Shown piece after piece: positions 1 to 11,800 of a DNA stretch of 64,000 bases. The notes under the pieces are model-generated. The model was given only the letters and a program-made list of their open reading frames with translations. It was not told where the DNA came from and did not search any database. Every line of letters starts with the position of its first letter. Position 1 is the stretch's first letter. This DNA is from the human T2T-CHM13v2.0 reference genome, Homo sapiens. Position numbers and translations under genes: made by a program. The stretch lies in NCBI RefSeq assembly GCF_009914755.1, contig NC_060925.1; one strand, 5' to 3'.

Positions 1-1669
1 TGGAATCATCGAATAAAATTGATTGAAATCATCATCGAATGGAATCGAATGGTATCATTGAATGGAATCGAATGGAATCATCATCAGATGGAAATGAATG
101 GAATCGTCATAGAATGGAATCGAATGGATTCATTGAATGGAATCAGATGGAATCATCGAATGGACTGGAATGGAATCATTGAATGGACTCGAAAGGGATC
201 ATTATTGAATGGAATTGAATGGAATCATCGAATGGTCTCGATTGGAATCATTATCAAATGGAATCGAATGGAATCACCGAATAGAATCGAATGGAACAAT
301 CATCGAATGGACTCAAATGGAATTATCCTCAAATAGAATCGAATGGAATTATCGAATGCAATCGAATGGAATTATCGAATGCAATCGAATAGAATCATCG
401 AATGGACTCGAATGGAATCATCGAATGGAATGGAATGGAACAGTCAATAAACTCGAATGGAATCATCATTGAATGGAATCGAATGGAATCATCGAGTGGA
501 ATCGAATGGAATTATGATCAAATGGAATCGAATGTAATCATCATCAAATGGAATCAAAAATAACCATCATCAATTGGTATTGAATGGAATTGTCATCAAA
601 TGGAATTCAAAGGAATCATCATCAAATGGAACCGAATGGAATCCTCATTGAATGGAAATGAAAGGGGTCATCATCTAATGGAATCGCATGGAATCATCAT
701 CAAACGGAATCGAATGGAATCATCATCAAATGGAATCGAATGGAATCATTGAAAGAATTGAATGGAATCATCATCGAATGAATTGAATGCAATCATCGAA
801 TGGTCTCGAATGGAATCATCTTCTAATGGAAAGGAATGGAATCATCGCATAGAATCGAATGGAATTATCATCGAATGGAATCGAATGGTATCAACACCAA
901 ACGGAAAAAAACGGAATTATCGAATGGAATCGAAGAGAATCTTCGAACGGACCCGAATGGAATCATCTAATGGAATGGAATGGAATAATCCATGGAGTCG
1001 AATGCAATCATCATCGAATGGAATCGAATGGAATCATCGAATGGACTCGAATGGAATAATCATTGAACGGAATCGAATGGAATCATCATCGGATGGAAAC
1101 GAATGGAATCATCATCGAATGGAAATGAAAGGAGTCATCATCTAATGGAATTGCATGGAATCATCATCAAATGGAATCGAATGGAATCAACATCAAATGG
1201 AATCAAATGGAATCATTGAACGGAATTGAATGGAATCGTCATCGAATGAATTGAATGCAATCATCGAATGGTCTCGAATGGAATCATCTTCAAATGGAAT
1301 GGAATGGAATCATCGCATAGAATCGAATGGAATTATCATCGAATGGAATCGAATGGAATCAACATCAAACGGAAAAAAACGGAATTATCGAATGGAATCG
1401 AAGAGAATCATCGAATGGACCCGAATGGAATCATCTAATGGAATGGAATGGAATAATCCATGGACTCGAATGCAATCATCATCGAATGGAATCGAATGGA
1501 ATCATCGAATGGACTCGAATGGAATAATCATTGAACGGAATCGAATGGAATCATCATCGGATGGAAATGAATGGAATCATCATCGAATGGAATCGAATAG
1601 AATTATGGAATGAAATCCAGTGTGATCATCATCGAATGGACCCGAATGGAATCATCATCCAACGGAAGC

Positions 1670-1680
1670 TAATGGAATCA
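1670..1680 (+). promoter_or_regulatory. Match to the DUX4 consensus TAAYBBAATCA (TAATGGAATCA); representative copy, present in nearly every unit
   Basis: Found in the context GAAGCTAATGGAATCAAC. DUX4 is known to bind and activate HSATII. Occupancy at this particular site is not shown by the sequence. Confidence 0.4.
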
Positions 1681-2537
1681 ACATCGAATGAATCAAATGG
1701 AAACACCATCGAATTGAAACGAATGGAATTACCATGAAATTGAAATGGATGGACTCATCCTCAAATGGATTCGAGTGGAATCATCAAATAAAATTGATTG
1801 AAATCATCATCGAATGGAATCGAATGGTATCATTGAATGGAATCGAATGGAATCATCATCAGATGGAAATGAAAGGAATCGTCATAGAATGGAATCGAAT
1901 GGATTCATTGAATGGAATCAGATGGAATCATTGAATGGACTGGAATGGAATCATTGAATGGACTCGAAAGGGATCATGATTGAATGGAATTGAATGGAAT
2001 CATCGAATGGTCTCGATTGGAATCATTATCAAATGGAATCGAATGGAATCACCGAATAGAATCGAATGGAACAATCATCTAATGGACTCAAATGGAATTA
2101 TCCTCAAATGGAATCGAATGGAATTATCGAATGCAATCGAATGGAATTATCGAATGCAATCGAAGAGAATCATCGAATGGACTCGAATGGAATCATCGAA
2201 TGGAATGGAATGGAACAGTCAATGAACTCGAATGGAATCATCATTGAATGGAATCGAATGGAATCATCGAGTGGAATCGAATGGAATTATGATCAAATGG
2301 AATCGAATGTAATCATCATCAAATGGAATCAAAAATAACCATCATCAATTGGTATTGAATGGAATTGTCATCAAATGGAATTCAAAGGAATCATCATCAA
2401 ATGGAACCGAATGGAATCCTCATTGAATGGAAATGAAAGGGGTCATCATCTAATGGAATCGCATGGAATCATCATCAAATGGAATCGAATGGAATCATCA
2501 TCAAATGGAATCTAATGGAATCATTGAACAGAATTGA

Positions 2538-3005
2538 ATGGAATCGTCATCGAATGAATTGAATGCAATCATCGAATGGTCTCGAATGGAATCATCTTCT
2601 AATGGAAAGGAATGGAATCATCGCATAGAATCGAATGGAATTATCATCGAATGGAATCGAATGGTATCAACACCAAACGGAAAAAAACGGAATTATCGAA
2701 TGGAATCGAAGAGAATCTTCGAACGGACCCGAATGGAATCATCTAATGGAATGGAATGGAATAATCCATGGACTCGAATGCAATCATCATCGAATGGAAT
2801 CGAATGGAATCATCGAATGGACTCGAATGGAATAATCATTGAACGGAATCGAATGGAATCATCATCGGATGGAAACGAATGGAATCATCATCGAATGGAA
2901 ATGAAAGGAGTCATCATCTAATGGAATTGCATGGAATCATCATAAAATGGAATCGAATGGAATCAACATCAAATGGAATCAAATGGAATCATTGAACGGA
3001 ATTGA
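2538..3005 (+). repeat. 468 bp module, type a (first module of the canonical unit)
   Basis: Diagnostic variants are TTCTAATGGAAAGG, GGTATCAACACCA, TCTTCGAACGG and GATGGAAACG...GAAATGAAAGGAGTC. The same set occurs at 762, 7865, 20550, 22326, 25878, 28962, 32046, 40897 and 62487. Confidence 0.88.
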
Positions 3006-3389
3006 ATGGAATCGTCATCGAATGAATTGACTGCAATCATCCAATGGTCTCGAATGGAATCATCTTCAAATGGAATGGAATGGAATCATCGCATAGAATC
3101 GAATGGAATTATCATCGAATGGAATCGAATGGAATCAACATCAAACGGAAAAAAACGGAATTATCGAATGGAATCGAAGAGAATCATCGAATGGACCCGA
3201 ATGGAATCATGTAATGGAATGGAATGGAATAATCCATGGACTCGAATGCAATCATCATCGAATGGAATCGAATGGAATCATCGAATGGACTCGAATGGAA
3301 TAATCATTGAACGGAATCGAATGGAATCATCATCGGATGGAAATGAATGGAATCATCATCGAATGGAATCGAATAGAATTATGGAATGA
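3006..3389 (+). repeat. Module type b (second module; runs into the unit-specific GAATAGAATTATGG...TCCAGTGTG tail)
   Basis: Diagnostic variants are TTCAAATGGAATGG, GGAATCAACATCA, TCATCGAATGG and GATGGAAATGAATGG. It is a paralog of module a, 468 bp downstream. Confidence 0.85.
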
Positions 3390-4817
3390 AATCCAGTGTG
3401 ATCATCATCGAATGGACCCGAATGGAATCATCATCCAACGGAAGCTAATGGAATCAACATCGAATGAATCAAATGGAAACACCATCGAATTGAAACGAAT
3501 GGAATTACCATGAAATTGAAATGGATGGACTCATCATCGAATGGATTCGAATGGAATCATCGAATAAAATTGATTGAAATCATCATCGAATGGAATCGAA
3601 TGGTATCATTGAATGGAATCGAATGGAATCATCATCAGATGGAAATGAATGGAATCGTCATAGAATGGAATCGAATGGATTAATTGAATGGAATCAGATG
3701 GAATCATCGAATGGACTGGAATGGAATCATTGAATGGACTCGAAAGGGATCATTATTGAATGGAATTGAATGGAATCATCGAATGGTCTCGATTGGAATC
3801 ATTATCAAATGGAATCGAATGGAATCACCGAATAGAATCGAATGGAACAATCATCGAATGGACACAAATGGAATTATCCTCAAATGGAATCGAATGGAAT
3901 TATCGAATGCAATCGAATGGAATTATCGAATGCAATCGAATAGAATCATCGAATGGACTCGAATGGAATCATCGAATGGAATGGAATGGAACAGTCAATG
4001 AACTCGAATGGAATCATCATTGAATGGAATCGAATGGAATCATCGAGTGGAATCGAATGTAATCATCATCAAATGGAATCAAAAATAACCATCATCAAAT
4101 GGAATCAAAAATAGCCATCATCAATTGATATTGAATGGAATTCTCATCAAATGGAATTCAAAGGAATCATCATCAAATGGAACCGAATGGAATCCTCATT
4201 GAATGGAAATGAAAGGGGTTATCATCTAATGGAATCGCATGGAATCATCATAAAATGGAATCGAATGGAATCAACATCAAATGGAATCAAATGGAATCAT
4301 TGAACGGAATTGAATGGAATCGTCATCGAATGAATTGAATGCAATCATCGAATGGTCTCGAATGGAATCATCTTCAAATGGAATGGAATGGAATCATCAC
4401 ATAGAATCGAATGGAATTATCATCGAATGGAATCGAATGGAATCAACATCAAACGGAAAAAAACGGAATTATCGAATGCAATCGAAGAGAATCATCGAAT
4501 GGACCCGAATGGAATCATCTAATGGAATGGAATGGAATAATCCATGGACTCGAATGCAATCATCATCGAATGGAATCGAATGGAATCATCGAATGGACTC
4601 GAATGGAATAATCATTGAACGGAATCGAATGGAATCATCATCGGATGGAAACGAATGGAATCATCATCGAATGGAATCAAATAGAATTATGGAATGAAAG
4701 CCACTGTGATCATCATCGAATGGACCCGAATGGAATCATCATCCAACGGAAGCTAATGGAATCAACATCGAATGAATCACATGGAAACACCATCGAATTG
4801 AAACGAATGGAATTACC

Positions 4818-7061
4818 ATGAAATTGAAATGGATGGACTCATCATCAAATGGATTCGAATGGATTCATCAAATAAAATTGATTGAAATCATCATCGAATG
4901 GAATCGAATGGTATCATTGAATGGAATCGAATGGAATCATCATCAGATGGAAATGAATGGAATCGTTATAGAATGGAATCGAATGGATTCATTGAATGGA
5001 ATCAGATGGAATCATTGAATGGACTGGAATGGAATCATTGAATGGACTCGAAAGGGATCATTATTGAATGGAATTGAATGGAATCATCGAATGGTCTCGA
5101 TTGGAATCATTATCAAATGGAATCGAATGGAATCACCGAATAGAATCGAATGGAACAATCATCGAATGGACTCAAATGGAATTATCCTCCAATGGAATCG
5201 AATGGAATTATCGAATGCAATCGAATGGAATTATCGAATGCAATCGAATAGAATCATCGAATGGACTCGAATGGAATCATCGAATGGAATGGAATGGAAC
5301 AGTCAATGAACTCGAATGGAATCATCATTGAATGGAATCGAATGGAATCATCGAGTGGAATCGAAAGGAATTATGACCAAATGGAATCGAATGTAATCAT
5401 CATCAAATGGAATCAAAAATAACCATCATCAATTGGTATTGAATGGAATTGTCATCAAATGGAATTCAAAGGAATCATCATCAAATGGAACCGAATGGAA
5501 TCCTCATTGAATGGAAATGAAAGGGGTCATCATCTAATGGAATCGCATGGAATCATCATCAAATGGAATCGAATGGAATCATCATCAAATGGAATCAAAT
5601 GGAATCATTGAACAGAATTGAATGGAACGGTCATCGAATGAGTTGAATGCAATCATCGAATGGTCTCGAATGGAATCATCTTCTAATGGAAAGGAATGGA
5701 ATCATCGCATAGAATCGAATGGAATTATCATCGAATGGAATCGAATGGTATCAACACCAAACGGAAAAAAACGGAATTATCGAATGGAATCGAAGAGAAT
5801 CTTCGAACGGACCCGAATGGAATCATCTAATGGAATGGAATGGAATAATCCATGGACTCGAATGCAATCATCATCGAATGGAATCGAATGGAATCATCGA
5901 ATGGACTCGAATGGAATAATCATTGAACGGAATCGAATGGAATCATCATCGGATGGAAACGAATGGAATCATCATCGAATGGAAATGAAAGGAGTCATCA
6001 TCTAATGGAATTGCATGGAATCATTATAAAATGGAATCGAATGGAATCAACATCAAATGGAATCAAATGGAATCATTGAACGGAATTGAATGGAATCGTC
6101 ATCGAATGAATTGAATGCAATCATCGAATGGTCTCGAATGGAATCATCTTCAAATGGAATGGAATGGAATCATCGCATAGAATCGAATGGAATTATCATC
6201 GAATGGAATCGAATGGAATCAACATCAAACGGAAAAAAACGGAATTATCGAATGGAATCGAAGAGAATCATCGAATGGACCCGAATGGAATCATCTAATG
6301 GAATGGAATGGAATAATCCATGGACTCGAATGCAATCATCATCGAATGGAATCGAATGGAATCATCGAATGGACTCGAATGGAATAATCATTGAACGGAA
6401 TCGAATGGAATCATCATCGGATGGAAACGAATGGAATCATCATCGAATGGAAATGAAAGGAGTCATCATCTAATGGAATTGCATGGAATCATCATAAAAT
6501 GGAATCGAATGGAATCATCATCAAATGGAATCAAATGGAATCATTGAACGGAATTGAATGGAATCGTCATCGAATGAATTGAATGCAATCATCGAATGGT
6601 CTCGAATGGAATCATCTTCACATGGAATGGAATGGAATCATCGCATAGAATCGAATGGAATTATCATCGAATGGAATCGAATGGTATCAACATCAAACGG
6701 AAAAAAACGGAATTATCGAATGGAATCAAAGAGAATCTTCGAACGGACCCGAATGGAATCATCTAATGGAATGGAATGGAATAATCCATGGACTCGAATG
6801 CAATCATCATCGAATGGAATCGAATGGAATCATTGAAAGGACTCGAATGGAATAATCATTGAACGGAATCGAATGGAATCATCATCGGATGGAAATGAAT
6901 GGAATCATCATCGAATGGAATCGAATAGAATTATGGAATGAAATCCAGTGTGATCATCATCGAATGGACCCGAATGGAATCATCTTCCAACGGAAGCTAA
7001 TGGAATCAACATCCAATGAATCGAATGGAAACACCATCGAATTGAAACGAATGGAATTATC
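4818..7061 (+). repeat. 2,244 bp three-module unit
   Basis: Anchors at 4818 and 7062. Module starts at 5622, 6090 and 6558 (468 spacing). Confidence 0.9.
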
Positions 7062-8836
7062 ATGAAATTGAAATGGATGGACTCATCATCGAATGGATTC
7101 GAATGGAATCATCGAATAAAATTGATTGAAATCATCATCGAATGGAATCGAATGGTATCATTGAATGGAATCGAATGGAATCATCATCAGATGGAAATGA
7201 ATGGAATCGTCATAGAATGGAATCGAATGGATTCATTGAATGGAATCAGATGGAATCATCGAATGGACTGGAATGGAATCATTGAATGGACTCGAAAGGG
7301 ATCATTATTGAATGGAATTGAATGGAATCATCGAATGGTCTCGATTGGAATCATTATCAAATGGAATCGAATGGAATCACCGAATAGAATCGAATGGAAC
7401 AATCATCGAATGGACTCAAATGGAATTATCCTCAAATAGAATCGAATGGAATTATCGAATGCAATCGAATGGAATTATCGAATGCAATCGAATAGAATCA
7501 TCGAATGGACTCGAATGGAATCATCGAATGGAATGGAATGGAACAGTCAATAAACTCGAATGGAATCATCATTGAATGGAATCGAATGGAATCATCGAGT
7601 GGAATCGAATGGAATTATGATCAAATGGAATCGAATGTAATCATCATCAAATGGAATCAAAAATAACCATCATCAATTGGTATTGAATGGAATTGTCATC
7701 AAATGGAATTCAAAGGAATCATCATCAAATGGAACCGAATGGAATCCTCATTGAATGGAAATGAAAGGGGTCATCATCTAATGGAATCGCATGGAATCAT
7801 CATCAAACGGAATCGAATGGAATCATCATCAAATGGAATCGAATGGAATCATTGAAAGAATTGAATGGAATCATCATCGAATGAATTGAATGCAATCATC
7901 GAATGGTCTCGAATGGAATCATCTTCTAATGGAAAGGAATGGAATCATCGCATAGAATCGAATGGAATTATCATCGAATGGAATCGAATGGTATCAACAC
8001 CAAACGGAAAAAAACGGAATTATCGAATGGAATCGAAGAGAATCTTCGAACGGACCCGAATGGAATCATCTAATGGAATGGAATGGAATAATCCATGGAG
8101 TCGAATGCAATCATCATCGAATGGAATCGAATGGAATCATCGAATGGACTCGAATGGAATAATCATTGAACGGAATCGAATGGAATCATCATCGGATGGA
8201 AACGAATGGAATCATCATCGAATGGAAATGAAAGAAGTCATCATCTAATGGAATTGCATGGAATCATCATCAAATGGAATCGAATGGAATCAACATCAAA
8301 TGGAATCAAATGGAATCATTGAACAGAATTGAATGGAATCGTCATCGAATGAATTGAATGCAATCATCGAATGGTCTCGAATGGAATCATCTTCAAATGG
8401 AATGGAATGGAATCATCGCATAGAATCGAATGGAATTATCATCGAATGGAATCGAATGGAATCAACATCAAACGGAAAAAAACGGAATTATCGAATGGAA
8501 TCGAAGAGAATCATCGAATGGACCCGAATGGAATCATCTAATGGAATGGAATGGAATAATCCATGGACTCGAATGCAATCATCATCGAATGGAATCGAAT
8601 GGAATCATCGAATGGACTCGAATGGAATAATCATTGAACGGAATCGAATGGAATCATCATCGGATGGAAATGAATGGAATCATCATCGAATGGAATCGAA
8701 TAGAATTATGGAATGAAATCCAGTGTGATCATCATCGAATGGACCCGAATGGAATCATCATCCAACGGAAGCTAATGGAATCAACATCGAATGAATCAAA
8801 TGGAAACACCATCGAATTGAAACGAATGGAATTACC

Positions 8837-11800
8837 ATGAAATTGAAATGGATGGACTCATCCTCAAATGGATTCGAGTGGAATCATCAAATAAAATTGA
8901 TTGAAATCATCATCGAATGGAATCGAATGGTATCATTGAATGGAATCGAATGGAATCATCATCAGATGGAAATGAAAGGAATCGTCATAGAATGGAATCG
9001 AATGGATTCATTGAATGGAATCAGATGGAATCATTGAATGGACTGGAATGGAATCATTGAATGGACTCGAAAGGGATCATTATTGAATGGAATTGAATGG
9101 AATCATCGAATGGTCTCGATTGGAATCATTATCAAATGGAATCGAATGGAATCACCAAATAGAATCGAATGGAACAATCATCGAATGGACTCAAATGGAA
9201 TTATCCTCAAATGGAATTGAATGGAATTATCGAATGCAATCGAATGGAATTATCGAATGCAATCGAATAGAATCATCGAATGGACTCGAATGGAATCATC
9301 GAATGGAATGGAATGGAACAGTCAATGAACTCGAATGGAATCATCATTGAATGGAATCGAATGGAATCATCGAGTGGAATCGAATGTAATCATCATCAAA
9401 TGGAATCAAAAATAACCATCATCAAATGGAATCAAAAATAACCATCATCAATTGGTATTGAATGGAATTCTCATCAAATGGAATTCAAAGGAATCATCAT
9501 CAAATGGAACCGAATGGAATCCTCATTGAATGGAAATGAAAGGGGTCATCATCTAATGGAATCGCATGGAATCATCATCAAATGGAATCGAATGGAATCA
9601 ACATCAAATGGAATCAAATGGAATCATTGAACGGAATTGAATGGAATCGTCATCGAATGAATTGAATGCAATCATCGAATGGTCTCGAATGGAATCATCT
9701 TCAAATGGAATGGAATGGAATCATCGCATAGAATCGAATGGAATTTTCATCGAATGGAATCGAATGGAATCAACATCAAACGGAAAAAAACGGAATTATC
9801 GAATGGAATCGAAGAGAATCACCGAATGGACCCGAATGGAATCATCTAATGGAATGGAATGGAATAATCCATGGACTCGAATGCAATCATCATCGAATGG
9901 AATCGAATGGAATCATCGAATGGACTCGAATGGAATAATCATTGAACGGAATCGAATGGAATCATCATCGGATGGAAATGAATGGAATCATCATCGAATG
10001 GAATCGAATAGAATTATGGAATGAAATCCAGTGTGATCATCATCGAATGGACCCGAATGGAATCATCATCCAACGGAAGCTAATGGAATCAACATCGAAT
10101 GAATCAAATGGAAACACCATCGAATTGAAACGAATGGAATTACCATGAAATTGAAATGGATGGACTCATCCTCAAATGGATTCGAGTGGAATCATCGAAT
10201 AAAATTGATTGAAATCATCATCGAATGGAATCGAATGGTATCATTGAATGGAATCGAATGGAATCATCATCAGATGGAAATGAAAGGAATCGTCATAGAA
10301 TGGAATCGAATGGATTCATTGAATGGAATCAGATGGAATCATTGAATGGACTGGAATGGAATCATTGAATGGACTCGAAAGGGATCATTATTGAATGGAA
10401 TTGAATGGAATCATCGAATGGTCTCGATTGGAATCATTATCAAATGGAATCGAATGGAATCACCGAATAGAATCGAATGGAACAATCATCGAATGGACTC
10501 AAATGGAATTATCCTCAAATGGAATTGAATGGAATTATCGAATGCAATCGAATGGAATTATCGAATGCAATCGAATAGAATCATCGAATGGACTCGAATG
10601 GAATCATCGAATGGAATGGAATGGAACAGTCAATGAACTCGAATGGAATCATCATTGAATGGAATCGAATGGAATCATCGAGTGGAATCGAATGTAATCA
10701 TCATCAAATGGAATCAAAAATAACCATCATCAAATGGAATCAAAAATAACCATCATCAATTGGTATTGAATGGAATTCTCATCAAATGGAATTCAAAGGA
10801 ATCATCATCAAATGGAACCGAATGGAATCCTCATTGAATGGAAATGAAAGGGGTCTTCATCTAATGGAATCGCATGGAATCATCATAAAATGGAATCGAA
10901 TGGAATCAACATCAAATGGAATCAAATGGAATAATTGAACGGAATTGAATGGAATCGTCATCGAATGAATTGAATGCAATCATCGAATGGTCTCGAATGG
11001 AATCATCTTCAAATGGAATGGAATGGAATCATCGCATAGAATCGAAAGGAATTATCATCGAATGGAATCGAATGGAATCAACAGCAAACGGAAAAAAACG
11101 GAATTATCGAATGGAATCGAAGAGAATCATCGAATGGACCCGAATGGAATCATCTAATGGAATGGAATGGAATAATCCATGGACTCGAATGCAATCATCA
11201 TCGAATGGAATCGAATGGAATCATCAAATGGACTCGAATGGAATAATCATTGAACGGAATCGAATGGAATCATCATCGGATGGAAATGAATGGAATCATC
11301 ATCGAATGGAATCGAATAGAATTATGGAATGAAATCCAGTTTGATCATCATCGAATGGACCCGAATGGAATCATCATCCAACGGATGCTAATGGAATCAA
11401 CATCGAATGAATCAAATGGAAACACCATCGAATTGAAACGAATGGAATTACCATGAAATTGAAATGGATGGACTCATCATCGAATGGATTCGAAAGGAAT
11501 CATCGAATAAAATTGATTGAAATCATCATCGAATGGAATCGAATGGTATCATTGAATGGAATCGAATGGAATCATCATCAGATGGAAATGAATGGAATCG
11601 TCATAGAATGGAATCGAATGGATTCATTGAATGGAATCAGATGGAATCATCGAATGGACTGGAATGGAATCATTGAATGGACTCGAAAGGGATCATTATT
11701 GAATGGAATTGAATGGAATCATCGAATGGTCTCGATTGGAATCATTATAAAATGGAATCGAATGGAATCACCGAATAGAATCGAATGGAACAATCATCGA

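Larger units (their letters stand above)
1734..3509 (+). repeat. Reference 1,776 bp repeat unit (840 bp non-modular part + two 468 bp modules)
   Basis: The anchor ATGAAATTGAAATGGATGGAC is at 1734 and 3510. Module starts are at 2538 and 3006 (468 apart). There is a single EcoRI site GAATTC at 2378; neighbouring canonical sites are at 603 and 4154 (1775 and 1776 spacing). Confidence 0.93.

Noticed and set aside
12-17. AATAAA once per unit as a polyadenylation signal
   Set aside because: It is present, but there is no downstream GU/U-rich element or transcript evidence, and it is expected by chance in A-rich satellite.
901-915. ACGGAAAAAAACGG A-tract as a retrotransposon tail with target-site duplication
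   Set aside because: It is only 7 A's and a fixed part of modules a and b, aligning without a gap to GGAATCAAGCGG in module c, so it is not an insertion.
1980-2340. Shared GGATCATGAT + CAATCGAAGAGAATC alleles with ~27096-27450 (offset 25,116)
   Set aside because: There are only two markers, one of them common in the window, which is too little to claim a long-range duplication.
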